A DNA stretch of 63,947 nucleotides, filler included, from Octopus bimaculoides (taxonomy: Eukaryota), in assembly GCF_001194135.2 (NCBI RefSeq). It is 7 parts of 5 records of this genome, joined end to end, with 100 filler letters (N's around TTAATTAATTAA, not from the genome) between each part and the next. Parts side by side here need not be neighbours in the genome. Positions count along the whole stretch, not along the records: positions 18,029 to 29,934 come from NC_069004.1; positions 30,035 to 41,586 come from NC_068986.1; 5 more parts are not named here. One strand, 5' to 3'. The position numbers and the translations under genes are program-made. Positions 25,526-38,788 of the stretch are shown one piece after another (the first letter of the stretch is position 1; every line of letters begins with the position of its first letter). The notes under the pieces were generated by a model. That model did not search any database. It saw only the letters and a program-made list of their open reading frames with translations, and was not told the DNA's origin.

Positions 25526-26603
25526 CTATCTATTCACATAAACAAATACATTAATGAGTGGACAGTGGAAAGAAGGCTTATATTAGATATAATAAGCTTA
25601 TCATAGACAGAAAGATAGATTTTTCAATGAAAGTGAAATAAATTAGCAAAATAGCTGAAAGATGTTATTTTTAAAATTTGTCATTCAGTCTTTATACTGT
25701 CAGACTATATAGATATATCAATAGCAATGCGTCTGTATGTGTGTGCACGCGTATTCATATAAACAAACAGCTGAACTGAACTTAAATGAAAAGAAAATTA
25801 TCTTCGTTAGCAAACAACTCAAACTGAACTTTGTCACTGAAAACTATAATGAAGGTGATGGTGGAAGTGATGATGATAATGGTGGTTATGATAATGATAA
25901 TGGTAGTGCTTGTGGCGGTGGTGCTGCTGCTGATGATGATGATGGTGCTCGTGATGGAGGTGGAAGTGATAAGCGGATAGTGTAAAGTGTGTTTTTTTAC
26001 TTCATTTTTGTATCTAGCTTTCAAGATTCTTTATGCTAATTCGTGTTTTGAAACAAATTTTGTTGTGTCTTGGGAGAGTTATTATACCAATATTAACACA
26101 TGCACTAAGAGTTGGCAGAATCATTAGCACACCGGGCCAAATGCTTAGCAGCATTTTGTCTGCCTTGATGTTCTGAGTTCAAATTCTGCCGAGGTCAACT
26201 TTGCCTTTCATCCTTTCAGGGTTGATAAAACAAGTACCAGTTGACTACTGAGGGTCGACGTAATCGACTAGCCCTCTCCTCCAAAATTTCAGGCCTATAA
26301 TAGAAAGGACTATTAACACATGCACTAACTCTCCTATAAATTTTTTATGTTGCCTATCAGTCAATATATGTGCATAAGTGCAATTATTTATCGTCTGTTT
26401 GCTCGAAAATTGATATTTGTTTATAAAATATGGATGACAGATGAGGTAAACTAACTAGAGAAAGAATGAGATGGTATAGGAAATGATGTAAAGAGAAGCA
26501 GAGGGTTGAATCGCTAAAACAAGCGCAGAGAGAATACAGTGAATATTTACAACAGAGAATGTGTTCAAGATAGAATAGAAAATGATAGAAAAAAGTGTAT
26601 ACA

Positions 26604-27580
26604 CAGTGGCGGCTCGTAGATAAAATTAGTCGGGGTGCTGCTTCAGAAAATTTTTAGCCGTTGTTTTAATATTGTGTAAGAGGAAACAAACATATAAACG
26701 GAAAATTTATGCATAAACTTGATTGGTTTGTGTATTAGCCACTGCCGGGTAGTGCGTTTAATTTGCTCACTGAACACCGCCGCGAATTCCCCCTTGTTTT
26801 TCAAAAATCCCTCTAAATCACAAAATAAGGGGACATGGGAGGAAATATGCCCTATTTTTCAAATCCTGACAGCGACACTTCAGCTGGAAGCAGGATAATA
26901 ATCTAATTCTACACTTTATCACATTCAAGAATATAAACATGTTTTTAAGCATAACACACGCGGAGTCAAAAAGAAACCATAACTTTCACCAGCACTACAT
27001 GAACGACAGTGTTCTCTCTCCCTAGCGTGAAGCTTCCTTTCTTGGACATGTGAGCATGTGCACAACAGCCAAACACCGTATCGCTGGAACTGTCACACGC
27101 ACAGTTCTCTACAGGGATTTCTGTATTTGTTTCATAAACTAGGGCAGGGGTTTTCAAACTTTTTGACTTGCGGACCCCTTTATATTTCAGGCTTTACCTT
27201 AGGGACCCCCTTATAAACGCTTATGAAATTTATACATAAATATTTGCTTAAAATAACATATTTTTACATTTATTTATTTAACAGTATTTAACAAATAGGT
27301 TTATTGTCAATTAAAAGATTTCGATTAAAAAACATATATAAAATCAAATTGTCCATAAAATGTATTTGCTGTCTACGGACCCCCTGTGGTCCGCAGACCA
27401 GTTTGAAAACCCCTGAACTAGGGGATGGCTACTGAGATTAAGCTTAAGTATTATGTAATGTACCAGTATAAAGAAAGAATTAAAGAAAAAAGGGACTCAT
27501 TATATTGAATATTATCGATAATATCAAGAAGAAATAGGGGGTGCTACAGTTCCGCAGTGCCTATACACGAGCCACCCCTG
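26604..27580. mobile_element. Non-autonomous hAT element
   Basis: Terminal inverted repeats CAGTGGCGGCTCGT / ACGAGCCACCCCTG; 8-bp TSD TGTATACA at 26596-26603 and 27581-27588. Confidence 0.9.
27145..27415. mobile_element. hAT MITE nested in the previous element
   Basis: Perfect 16-bp TIR CAGGGGTTTTCAAACT / AGTTTGAAAACCCCTG; 8-bp TSD AACTAGGG at 27137-27144 and 27416-27423. Confidence 0.95.
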
Positions 27581-28902
27581 TGTATACATATGGTTGAAAG
27601 TTACGTTAGTGACATGAATAGTCTCTCTAATGATTGTGAAACACTTAGATTTATAACTGAACCTCTGAATTACTGTGAGAATAGAAAAGACATACTTCTT
27701 CAATTATCTAGAATTGAAAGGTTTTCTTTTTTTTTTTTTTTGTAATGAAAATATTGCAGAATATACAATTTCAAATGAAACATTAATTTTTATGGCTCTA
27801 TATAAAGTTCCAACCATCTAAAAAATTTCATATTCACTGTGATATTTCCATGGATACTACTAGTTTTACTTAATATCATAATAGTAAGAATTAGCTTAAA
27901 TTTTTAATAGTAGTTATTTAAAGGGATAATTCAAATTATGAGAAAAAATGTGCAATAAATCTGTATAAATTAACTTACCCCTCTTTGTGTAACCCTCTGT
28001 TTCTATGTAAAAGAAAGAATGGTGAACTGAAAGATAAGAAGAGAGAAAGCAGACAGTGAGAAGGATATATTTTAATATAGGTTCAATATCAACAGAAGAC
28101 TATTCAAAGAAAAAGGACACTTCCTGATGTATTTCATATATTTAACATTTCAGATTATCACCTAATAAATAACTATACAATATATTAACCATTTCACAAT
28201 CATCATTATTATTACGAGGAAAATAATCTAGAACAATTATTAACCATTAATGAAAACAGACCCAGGATTATATAAATATCCTTATATTACACCCTTCACA
28301 TTGTAGTTCCATGAGCTTTAACATGTTCAGTTGTACAGTAGCGATGCCTTGCTGGGACTGATAGTACAATTCTAGTAAACATGTACAGGAGGTTTCATCC
28401 TATCAAAGTAGGATGAAAGCCATGGTCCAGTTAATCATTGTAAACATTTCATTCATATATTTAATGATGTGGGTATTTTTGTCATTTATTTCTTTAGTAT
28501 GTCTGTTACTATAAAGTTTACAACTTTTGTTTTTATTAACGTTTTTATCATTCCACTGTTAAAAGGTTATACAATCCATTTAAAGAGTAAAATCTATAAT
28601 CTATCCAATTCTTTATTGCCCACAAGGGGCTAAATATAGAAGGGACAAACAAGGACAGACAAATGGATTAAGTCGATTACATCGACCCCAGTGCGTAACT
28701 GGTACTGAATTTATCGACCCCGAAAGGATGAAAGGCAAATTCGACCTTGGCAGAATTTGAACTCAGAACGTAGTGGCTGACGAAATACCGCTAAGCATTT
28801 CGCCCGGCGTGCTAACGATTCTGCCAGCTTGCCGTTTTATCTATAATCTATAATCTATCATCCATGTTAAGTTAGTTTAGTCATGATACCTCACTTGCCA
28901 CT

Positions 28903-28931
28903 TCAGGTGACAGCGGGTAGGGTGGAGGTCA
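28903..28931 (-). CDS. Putative last coding exon of an unidentified gene (..LTSTLPAVT*)
   Basis: Acceptor (T)n-gtgtag at 28932; in frame with the 29072-29114 exon across a 140-nt intron; TGA at 28903-28905. Confidence 0.45.
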
Positions 28932-29071
28932 CTACACAAAAAAAAAAAATAGTTAAGAATCACTGGTGTATTGTATTGAGGAGATGTTTAGTTTAATGTT
29001 ACAATATGTTACAGGGTCAGATAACTCTGTGGACGCGTGGATAGTGAAATGGTGACAGTGTATATACTTAC

Positions 29072-29114
29072 ATTGTGGAGGAGCTGGTCTCTCATATATT
29101 TGCTGGCTGTCCTC
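29072..29114 (-). CDS. Putative penultimate coding exon of an unidentified gene (EDSQQIYERPAPPQ)
   Basis: Long pyrimidine tract ending ..ttttctttccaatttag, and a consensus donor gtaagt. Confidence 0.5.
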
Positions 29115-29301
29115 CTAAATTGGAAAGAAAAGACGACAAGAACAGGAAAATTAAGATGTGATGGTGACTGATGTTGTTTGTATAACTTTCATTAAAATAC
29201 TGTCTCCTTTAAGTTCTGTCAGTGTCTTGTAAGAAATCTTGGTAAAGACCTGATACACTTGTCACAGTCTTATGATATATATATATATGTGTGTGTGTGT
29301 G

Positions 29302-29351
<50 letters not shown>

Positions 29352-29539
29352 TTTAGATATAAGTGTGTGCGCGTATACACCACACACACACACACACACA
29401 CATGCAAACTGCGTGCATACTGCATAAAGTACTGTCTATCTCAGGTCCTTATTGTGAATGGACAGACAGTACAAACCACCAGTATACACAATATCTTCAA
29501 TCTACAGCATCACAATATTGGATACTGAGCGACGTCTTC

Positions 29540-29573
<34 letters not shown>

Positions 29574-29635
29574 GTAATTATATATATATGATGCTCAAAA
29601 TATCTGGCAGTGTTGGCTATAGCCTAGTCACCCGT

Positions 29636-29934
29636 ATTACGAACCAGGTGATACACGAAGGAGTCATACCCTATGACTGGTGTAGCAGCATCATAGTCAA
29701 CTGCTACAAAGGTAAAGGGGACGCTTTAGATACAAATAATTACAGAGGCATCAAGCTGTTAGATCAGGTTATGAAAGTTACAGAGAGGGTCATAGCCCAA
29801 CTAATTAGGGAGCGAATCAATGTAGATGAGATGCAGTTTGGGTTCGTGCCAGGTAAAAGCACTACTGATGCCTTATTTCTAGTGAGACAGTTGCAAGAGA
29901 AATACCTAGCTAAGGATAAACCTCTGTACCTGGC
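29636..29934 (+). mobile_element. RTE-clade LINE fragment (start of RT domain), open reading frame intact
   Basis: IPYDWCSSIIVNCYKGKGDALDTNNYRGIKLLDQVMKVTERV..MQFGFVPGKSTTDALFLVRQLQEKY; cut by a scaffold join. Confidence 0.95.
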
Positions 29935-30034
29935 NNNNNNNNNNNNNNNNNNNNNNNNNNNNNNNNNNNNNNNNNNNNTTAATTAATTAANNNNNNNNNN
30001 NNNNNNNNNNNNNNNNNNNNNNNNNNNNNNNNNN

Positions 30035-30713
30035 AATACAGTGATGACATTTTTGGACAGCTGCTAATGATGTGGGTGATATCTTCGATACTGATTCCAC
30101 AGAGTCTGCATCGATTATTACATTGTGGCGCTTTGCCCGCCTCTCTGTCCCGTTTGTTTATTAGGAATTTGGTTGCTATTTCTTGTTCTTGAATAGCAAA
30201 GGCATACCCTTCAAAGTGAGAGTTGGTGACCCGATTGTTTGTCCACGATAGATTGCTCTGGTTGTCAATGTTGTTATCACCCTGGAGCTTTCTGTTAACG
30301 CATCCATGCATGGTCTTCTGCTGGAATGCATTCATCCTCTCCTCTGATGTTATGTTACAGTAGAATCTTGCAATTTCTTTTGGTAAGAGTTCAGGGTTGT
30401 CGAATAGGGAATGCTTGTCAAGTAGTTGCCTTCCCAATCTCATGATGGTATTTATCTCATGTCTGTAGACTTCATCAAGGGGTGCACTTCGACACTTGGT
30501 GGTTATGAGATGATGTCGAAGAGATATGACACGGCATTCAAAGGCAGTCTGAATTGATGTTAGGCCCCCTTTAGGCGGTCTACATCGCTATTGATGTGAA
30601 AGTTGTTCGTGCTCGTTAGTATTTTTCGGGTCTTCACATCAAGAGCTCGGATTTCATCGATCGTCCAGTCAAGTATCCCGAATGTCGGTATGAGTACTGG
30701 TACTGCAAACACA
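30035..30713 (-). mobile_element. R4/Dong-clade LINE fragment (post-RT region to CCHC finger)
   Basis: FAVPVLIPTFGILDWTIDEIRALDVKTRKILT..SDVDRL..; FEGYAFAIQEQEIATK..CRLCGISIEDITHIISSCPKM. Confidence 0.9.
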
Positions 30714-31304
30714 TTGTATGTATGTATGTATATGTATATATATGTATGTATATTAATAAACGTATTTAGAACTACTATTATATATAATATATGTATAGTT
30801 ATACTATTTTACTTTTCTTTTACTCGTTTCAATCTTTTGACTACTGTGATGGTGGAGCACCTTCTTGAAGGGTTTTAGTCGAACAAATCGACCCTAGAAC
30901 TCATTTTTTAAAGCCTAGTAATTATTCTGTCGGGCACTTTTGCCGGTTGCCAAGCAGTGATGGGGGACTCAGCACAAGCACAAGCACAAAGACACGCACA
31001 CTCACTCACAAACACACACATACACTCACTCACACACACACAAACATATATAAATATATGTATGTATGTATGTATGTATGCATGTATGTATATGTATTTA
31101 TGCATGCATATAAGCGAATATATATACGTGTGTCCGTAGGTGTGTGGGCGTGTGCATGAAGAAGAGACACATTTAATTATAGGTATAAACCTCAACATAC
31201 CCAAATATCAGTTTAATAAATTTAATTATATATACATATACTTCATTTACATATTATATAAATATAAATATACGTACACACACACACACACACACACACA
31301 TATG

Positions 31305-31336
<32 letters not shown>

Positions 31337-31758
31337 CGAGGGCGCACACCCATACACACACATACATAGGCACACACAAATACACACGTACAGACAGACA
31401 GAGATAATATATTCCATATCACATCAGCACGTTCGTCGTTTTCATTAGTTCTATATTACAGTAATTGCTTTCTATATTATGAAATTCAAATTCTATAAAT
31501 ATTCTTAGAATTGCGACTGATATAGCTGCCATTGTTGTCGTAATTTTTGTTGTTGTTCCTGCAAATTTTGTTGTAGTTGTAGCCGTTGTTTCCGTTTCCT
31601 TATTTGCCATTTGTTGTTGTAGTTCCTGCCATTACTATGGCAATTGTTGTTTTTGTTGTTGTTTTCTTAAACAATCGTTTGCTAGCCTGCCTCCATCGCT
31701 CTGAAACTTGCACTTTTTATTGTCGCCGTTGTTGCCACGGTCGTCGTCGTCATCATCG

Positions 31759-31809
<51 letters not shown>

Positions 31810-32808
31810 GGGGTGTCGTTGTCCACGTCGTCGCCGCCATCGTGGTCGTTGTTGAGTAATGGTGACAGCGGTGTCGATTGTGTCGGTGGTGACAATATTG
31901 GTGGTGGTGTTTGTGGAGTTAGCGGTGGTGGNNNNNNNNNNNNNNNNNNNNNNNNNNNNNNNNNNNNNNNNNNNNNNNNNNNNNNNNNNNNNNNNNNNNN
32001 NNNNNNNNNNNNNNNNNNNNNNNNNNNNNNNNNNNNNNNNNNNNNNNNNNNNNNNNNNNNNNNNNNNNNNNNNNNNNNNNNNNNNNNNNNNNNNNNNNNN
32101 NNNNNNNNNNNNNNNNNNNNNNNNNNNNNNNNNNNNNNGGTGGTGTCGGTTGTGAAGTTAGTGTTTGTAGTGCTCTTAGTGGTGTTTGTGTTGCTGTTGA
32201 TGGTGATGGTGATGATGGTGGTGGTGGTGGTGGTGGTGGTCTTGGTGGTGGTGGTGTTGCTGGTGGTGGTAATGATTATGGTGATATTGTTCTTGTTAGT
32301 AGTAGTGGTGGTGATGTTTTGTTGCAGTAGTTACTGTTGTTATTATGGATGTTGCAATTTCTTTTCTTTTTGTTGTTGTTGTTACCCTTGTTATTGATAT
32401 TGTTGATGTTGTTGTTGTGGTTATCATTGTTGTAATTCTCATTGTTATTATTGCGGTGTATTACAGGTTCGCGTACACTTAATGTGATTCTGAGGTCCAA
32501 TTCTGCATGACACTGTATAACATACCTTGACCTTTGAATGAAAATTCGTATTGAGAAGAAGAAGAAGAAGAAGAAGAAGAAGAAGAAGAAGAAGAAGAAG
32601 AAGAAGAAGAAGAAGAAGAAGAAGAAGAAGAAGAAGAAGAAGAAGAAGAAGAAGAAGAAGAATCTGGAAACATAGAACTCTTACTACATAGAACTCTTAC
32701 TACAGAAAACAAATGAGTTCATTATTCGAATGAGATGGAGAGCTCTCTACTATCATTCTCTATCGTTTTTTACTCTATACAAGTTGGACCTATTAATATA
32801 GATATCTA

Positions 32809-33676
32809 CAGGATGGGTGGAAAGTAACTAGGCAAATTGCTTATAGAATTTTTAGTATCACTGAAGTCATGAAAAAAACACTTTTTAAACAGACAACACT
32901 AATGCGTATTTTTTTTTTTTTATTTTCTTATTGTCTTATTTCTTATTTCTTATATTCCAGATGGCCGGTCACTTGACTTTTCAGCGTCGAGCTAAGATAG
33001 CACGCTATGAAGTGAGGACTTTTGTTGTTTCAGTCCAGAGATAGTGGCGTGCATGGAAAGGTAAGACAATAAAAAGTTGTCATGCAAGGCTGATGACCAC
33101 GGGCTCTGTGAATGATGCAAGAAGTGGCCGTCCAAACACATCCCGATCAGCGGAGAACGTGGCAACAGTGCAGGAAATGTTTAATCGCAGATCGCAAAAA
33201 TCAACACATCAAACAGCGCGTGAAAGTGGACTAACAAGACATACAATACGGACGGTGTTGCATAAAGAATTAAATTTTCGTCTGTGGAAACCACATAACG
33301 TGCAGTAGCTAAAGCCTGAAGACTGTTACAGCAGAAGTCCAGAAGTCCAGATCTCACTACATGTGATTTTTACCTGTGGGATTACACAAAAAAGTGGGGT
33401 GTACAAGAAAAAAACCTCACACACTAGAGGACTTGGAGACACGGATTCAGGAGGTTCTCAGTGATCCTAGACGACGACCTTCAGAAGGTTGTTCACTCCA
33501 TCCTTGGCCGTTTGTGGAAACTGGTTGCCACTACCGGTGCTTACGTTGAAATATGAAGATTTACTTTCATTTTCCCATGTAATAAAGAACGTGTATAATC
33601 TGTTTCAATAGATTTGTAAAAAGAATATGAACTTTATTACAAATTTTTAATGCCAACTTACTTTTCACCCACCCTG
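32809..33676 (+). mobile_element. Internally deleted Tc1/mariner-superfamily element (maT/DD37D-like)
   Basis: Imperfect TIRs CAGGATGGGTGGAAAGTAAC / CTTACTTTTCACCCACCCTG with TA at both ends; TGSVNDARSGRPNTSRSAENVATVQE..KPHNVQ and an SPDLTTCDFYLWDY motif. Confidence 0.85.
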
Positions 33677-33994
33677 TATATATTTATACTTTAAAATTCA
33701 TCTGAAAGTCTCCACCATTTGCTTTCTCCCGTTTTGCATGTATATATGTATACATATTTTGTATTACGTACCAAAGCTAATATATTTAATATTTGACGTA
33801 TCAGATTTGTTTATCTGCATAATAGCCTCCATACCCGGTCAAATGGGTGCCTTTTAAAGCCTTTCTTTACCTTGTGGAATCGATCCTCTGTAAAGAAATC
33901 GGAGTCTATGTTTGAATCTTTTGAGCACTAGTAAGTGTCGTCTATACAGAAGATCTCATCTGTTGACTACATATATACGCATGTATGTATGTAT

Positions 33995-34428
33995 ATTCTT
34001 TTATCCTTTTATTCTTTTGCTTCAGTCATTTGACTGTGGCCATGCTGGAGCACCACCTTTAGTCGAGCAAATCGACCTCAGGACTTATTCTTTGTAAGCC
34101 TAGTATTTATCCTATCGGGTCACTTTTGATGAGCCGCTAAGTTACGGGGACGTAAATACACCAACATTGGTTGTCAAGCGATGGTAGGAAGACAAATACA
34201 GACACACAAACATATACACAAACATATACACACATATACACAAACATATGCACAAACATATACACACATATACAAATATACGACGGGCTTCTTTCAGTTT
34301 CCGCCTATCAAATCCACTCAGAAGGATTTGGTCGACCCGAGGTTATAGAAGAAGACGCTCTCCCAAGGGGCCACGCAGTGGGACTGAACCTGGAGCCATG
34401 TGGTTGGGAATCAAGGTTCTTACCACAT
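33995..34428 (-). mobile_element. SINE family A, full length
   Basis: Reverse-complement copy of 22807-23217. Confidence 0.9.
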
Positions 34429-34439
34429 ACATACATACA

Positions 34440-34473
<34 letters not shown>

Positions 34474-34774
34474 CATACATACATATATGTGTATGTCTCT
34501 TCTATTTTTTAATTATTATAAATCTTCCACTGAAGAGGTAACCGATTTCTAACAAATAAACAAGGCTCCATCTTTGGGATATAGTTAACACAGACACATT
34601 TACATTTGGAACTTAAGAAAAGGCTTGCATATTTTTACTGTTCCACTCACGGAACAGTGAAAATATGGTGGATATAGTAGTAGTAGTAGTGGGTACGACT
34701 GGTGGGGTGGATATTGTTGTAGTGGTAGTGGTAGCAGTGGTGGTGGTGGTGGTGGATATGGTGGTGTGGTTGTG

Positions 34775-34823
<49 letters not shown>

Positions 34824-35546
34824 CAGCAGCAGCAGCAGTAGTAGTAGCTGTTATTACAATTCTTGTTGCACGTGAAAAACGCTAAAATTAGTACCCGTAT
34901 GTTGTTACATGTTAGGTGTGTCTCTACCATCTACCACCTTCCTTTATTCTGGTTTTGTTATATTTTGGTAATTAGTAGTAGGGCAAAATGGTGGTGGTGG
35001 CGGTGGTGGCGGTGGTGGCGGTGGTGGCGGTGGTGGTGATGGCAGCGGTGGTATTGCCTATTGGCTTGCGATGTTCTGTTTATTAAAATTTCTTGTAATA
35101 TTGTCTCAAACTTCAAGATTAGACATTAATTTAGACATCAGCAGTTTACGAAGCGAGAAAAGCAAAATGGAAACAAAAGAAGGATGTAATTAGCAACGAA
35201 ATTAATAAGAACGTCTTTCTTGCACACAAATACATATACATATATACACACATACATACATACATACGTACATACAGGCATGCATGCATACATACATACA
35301 TACATTCATACATACACACATACATACACACACACACACATACATACATACATACATACATACATGCATGCATACATGCATATATACATACATGCATACG
35401 TACGTACATACATGCATGCATACATACATACATACATACATACATACATACATACATACATACATACATACGTACGGACGTACGTACGTACAAATATACA
35501 TGCTCATACACCGGAAATTCTATATGAACGGCTACAAAGATTATCT

Positions 35547-35605
<59 letters not shown>

Positions 35606-35903
35606 NNNNNNNNNNNNNNNNNNNNNNNNNNNNNNNNNNNNNNNNNNNNNNNNNNNNNNNNNNNNNNNNNNNNNNNNNNNNNNNNNNNNNNNNNNNNNNN
35701 NNNNNNNNNNNNNNNNNNNNNNNNNNNNNNNNNNNNNNNNNNNNNNNNNNNNNNNNNNNNNNNNNNNNNNNNNNNNNNNNNNNNNNNNNNNNNNNNNNNN
35801 NNNNNNNNNNNNNNNNNNNNNNNNNNNNNNNNNNNNNNNNNNNNNNNNNNNNNNNNNNNNNNNNNNNNNNNNNNNNNNNNNNNNNNNNNNNNNNNNNNNN
35901 NNN

Positions 35904-35964
<61 letters not shown>

Positions 35965-35966
<2 letters not shown>

Positions 35967-36830
35967 AGGTGGTATCAAAATATTTCCGGACTAGTAACGT
36001 TTGATAAAAAAAATAAATAACTTATTTAGCCAAGTTTTAACAACATCTCTAAAATAGTCATCTTGCACAGCACTACACTCGTCTCAGCGTTCCTGTTATT
36101 TCTGAAATCCAACCTGGAAGTCGTTTTCCGTAAGCGAGTCGAGGACCTTCTGCGATTCACTCTTAATCTCGACAACAGTATTAAAGCGGTGACCTTTGAG
36201 CTGCATTTTCATCTTGGGGAAGAGACGGCGCTGAATCTAGCGTATATGGCTGGTGCGGAAGCGATAACATGTTTTTGGCGAGAACCTCACGAGAACTGTG
36301 TGGAGAATCTTTGTTCATCGCGCTCTATAGACGCGAGTGCTTTCGCCGAATGTTCTCCCACAAACGCTTCAAAATGTCGCAGTAGAACTCTCGATTGACA
36401 GTCTGGCCCTGGGAGCCGAATTCTCGATGCTCGATATCATGTTTCCGCGGGTGACGCTCGTGACAGGTCTTCCAGATCGCTCATTGTCAACCAGGGACGT
36501 TCTTCCGTTTATGAATCGCCCGTGTCACTCGAAAGACTGCGTACAACCCATTGACTTATCACTGTAAGCTTGCCGAAGCATGCTCAATGTCTTTGCAGCA
36601 GACCTCCTCAAGTTTAACGCAAAATTTCACGTTGGCTTTTTATGCCTGTCCATGACAATATCGCAGGCTACAGCATAAACAAGATCACAATTTGCGAATT
36701 GAACACAGCGATTTCACTCGGCACACTGCTTCCTGCATGTCACTGCTAAATGTCACCGCGCACACAACCGTGTGCTGCGATCTGTTGGCGCTCTAGGGAA
36801 CTAGTCCTGGAACTTTTCGACACCACCTCG
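35965..36830 (-). mobile_element. Non-autonomous mariner (internal deletion derivative)
   Basis: TIRs CAAGGTGGTATCAAAATATTTCCGGACTAGT / ACTAGTCCTGGAACTTTTCGACACCACCTCG-TA; minus frame contains SGRPVTS and QTVNREFYCDILKRLWENIRRK. Confidence 0.9.
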
Positions 36831-38025
36831 TATGCCTTGTTAGTCTTATGACTGCATTCGAATCTCAGCTTGGTGTGTTTTTACACACAATGTGGGATTT
36901 ATCTTCCGAACTATCCTGTGACGACAGTATTCCCACGTTTATGAGGAAACGAACGTGTTAAATATAAGTGTACTCACCTGATATGCATACACACATACAT
37001 ATATATGTGGCACGTGTTTCTGTATATATATATATATATACACACATGTACATACATAAATAAATGCATATACACACATCTACATGCATATATATGTGTA
37101 TTTATATTAGTGGGTGTGAATTTAAATGCAAGGTATGTTTATTTTTATAAATATACAAAATTAGATGAATTATTCTTGACGGAAGCAGTCTTAGTAATAA
37201 AAGGTAATCTTTATATCCAACTTAATGTGGACGTCTTGTTAGGATGCTGAATACTGCGTTGTTAGCCTTGAGAAATCTTTTTATATATGCGTAGGGTGCA
37301 TAAAAGCGCATACATAAATCGTAGCAAACGAAAACAATCCATTATGGGAGATTCATCTGCTACGCTTTACGTATGTGCTTTTATACCCCATGTGCCTATA
37401 TGAGAAGATCATTCGAGGTTAATAACGCAATATTCGGAATTCTAACAATACAATGTCAGCCACGCTGTGAGAAGTAAAGAAACTGCTTATAAAATAAGTT
37501 TGATCTCTGTATTGCACAACAATTTGGATCTAAATTCTTAAACCTTACTAATGACTTATAGGCCTATAGTATTTCGTTATGCAGCCATAATGTATATTAA
37601 ACGTTTTATAAGTCAATACCGTGCACTACTGTGTTAGCTGTGCACTTAAATCGTGTGTTAAGTTCATCTTTATAGGAAACCTGTAGAGATGACCTTAACA
37701 TCTTTTCTAAAACCTTCATCAGGAAAGGTATACGTGGCTACAATCCACAGAGTTTCGTAGCTTGTACTGAATTCGTCTACCTAATTTGTTTAGTAATGCT
37801 TAGCACTGACAACATGGATTAATTAATAATTAATGCACAACAGAGCTACTGGGGATAATTAGAAATTTAATATATATCAGTTTTGACAACAATGTACTTT
37901 TATTGTGATACATGTACAAAGTAATTATATCAAATGTTTATATATCTTCCCGACCATAAAGCGTAGGATGCACATAGCGAGTTTGAAGTCTTCTGAGATC
38001 TTCATCTGAAAAAGAGTCAGAAATA

Positions 38026-38082
<57 letters not shown>

Positions 38083-38319
38083 TTTATTTGTTATTCTTTT
38101 CCTTAAGTCATTGGTCTGCAGTCACGATAGAGCACCATCTTCGTCCTTGCTGCTGGTTTTAAAGTGTCGTATTTATCCTACTGGTTCCTTTCGTCGAACC
38201 GCCTGGGACATAAGCTAGCCAACATCGGTTGTCAAGTGGTAAGAGACAAGCGTATGCTCAAAGACACATACACACTCATATACATGGAGCTTCCGCGCAA
38301 TTCCCACCTGCTTTTCTTC

Positions 38320-38788
38320 TATTCTTTTGCTTATTTAAGTCATTTGACTGCGGCCATGCTGGAGCACCACGTTAAAGACTTTTTTAGTTGAAGAAATCGA
38401 CCTCAGAACTGATTCTTTGTAAGCCTAGTACTTATCCTATCGGTTCCTTTTGCCGAACTGCTTTGTTACGGGGACGTAAACATGCCAACATCGGTTGTCA
38501 AGCGATGGCGGTTGGGGACACAGACACAAAGACACAGGTACAGAAATATATGTACACACGCACACACATAAACACACACGCACACACATATAGAGACACG
38601 CACACACCCTCATATATATACATATATATACGACGGGCTTCTTTCAGTTTCCGTGTACCAAATCCACTCACAAGGCTTTAGTCGGTCCGAAGCTATAGTA
38701 GAAGACACTTGCCCAAGGTGCCACGCAGAGGGACTAAACCCGGGACCATGTGGTTAGGAAGCAAAGCTTTTTACCACACAGCCACATC
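38320..38788 (-). mobile_element. SINE family A, full length
   Basis: Reverse-complement copy of 22807-23217. Confidence 0.85.

Noticed and set aside
26966-27157. Cys-containing ORF as a possible TNF stalk exon
   Set aside because: It lies wholly inside the hAT element and starts within the nested MITE.
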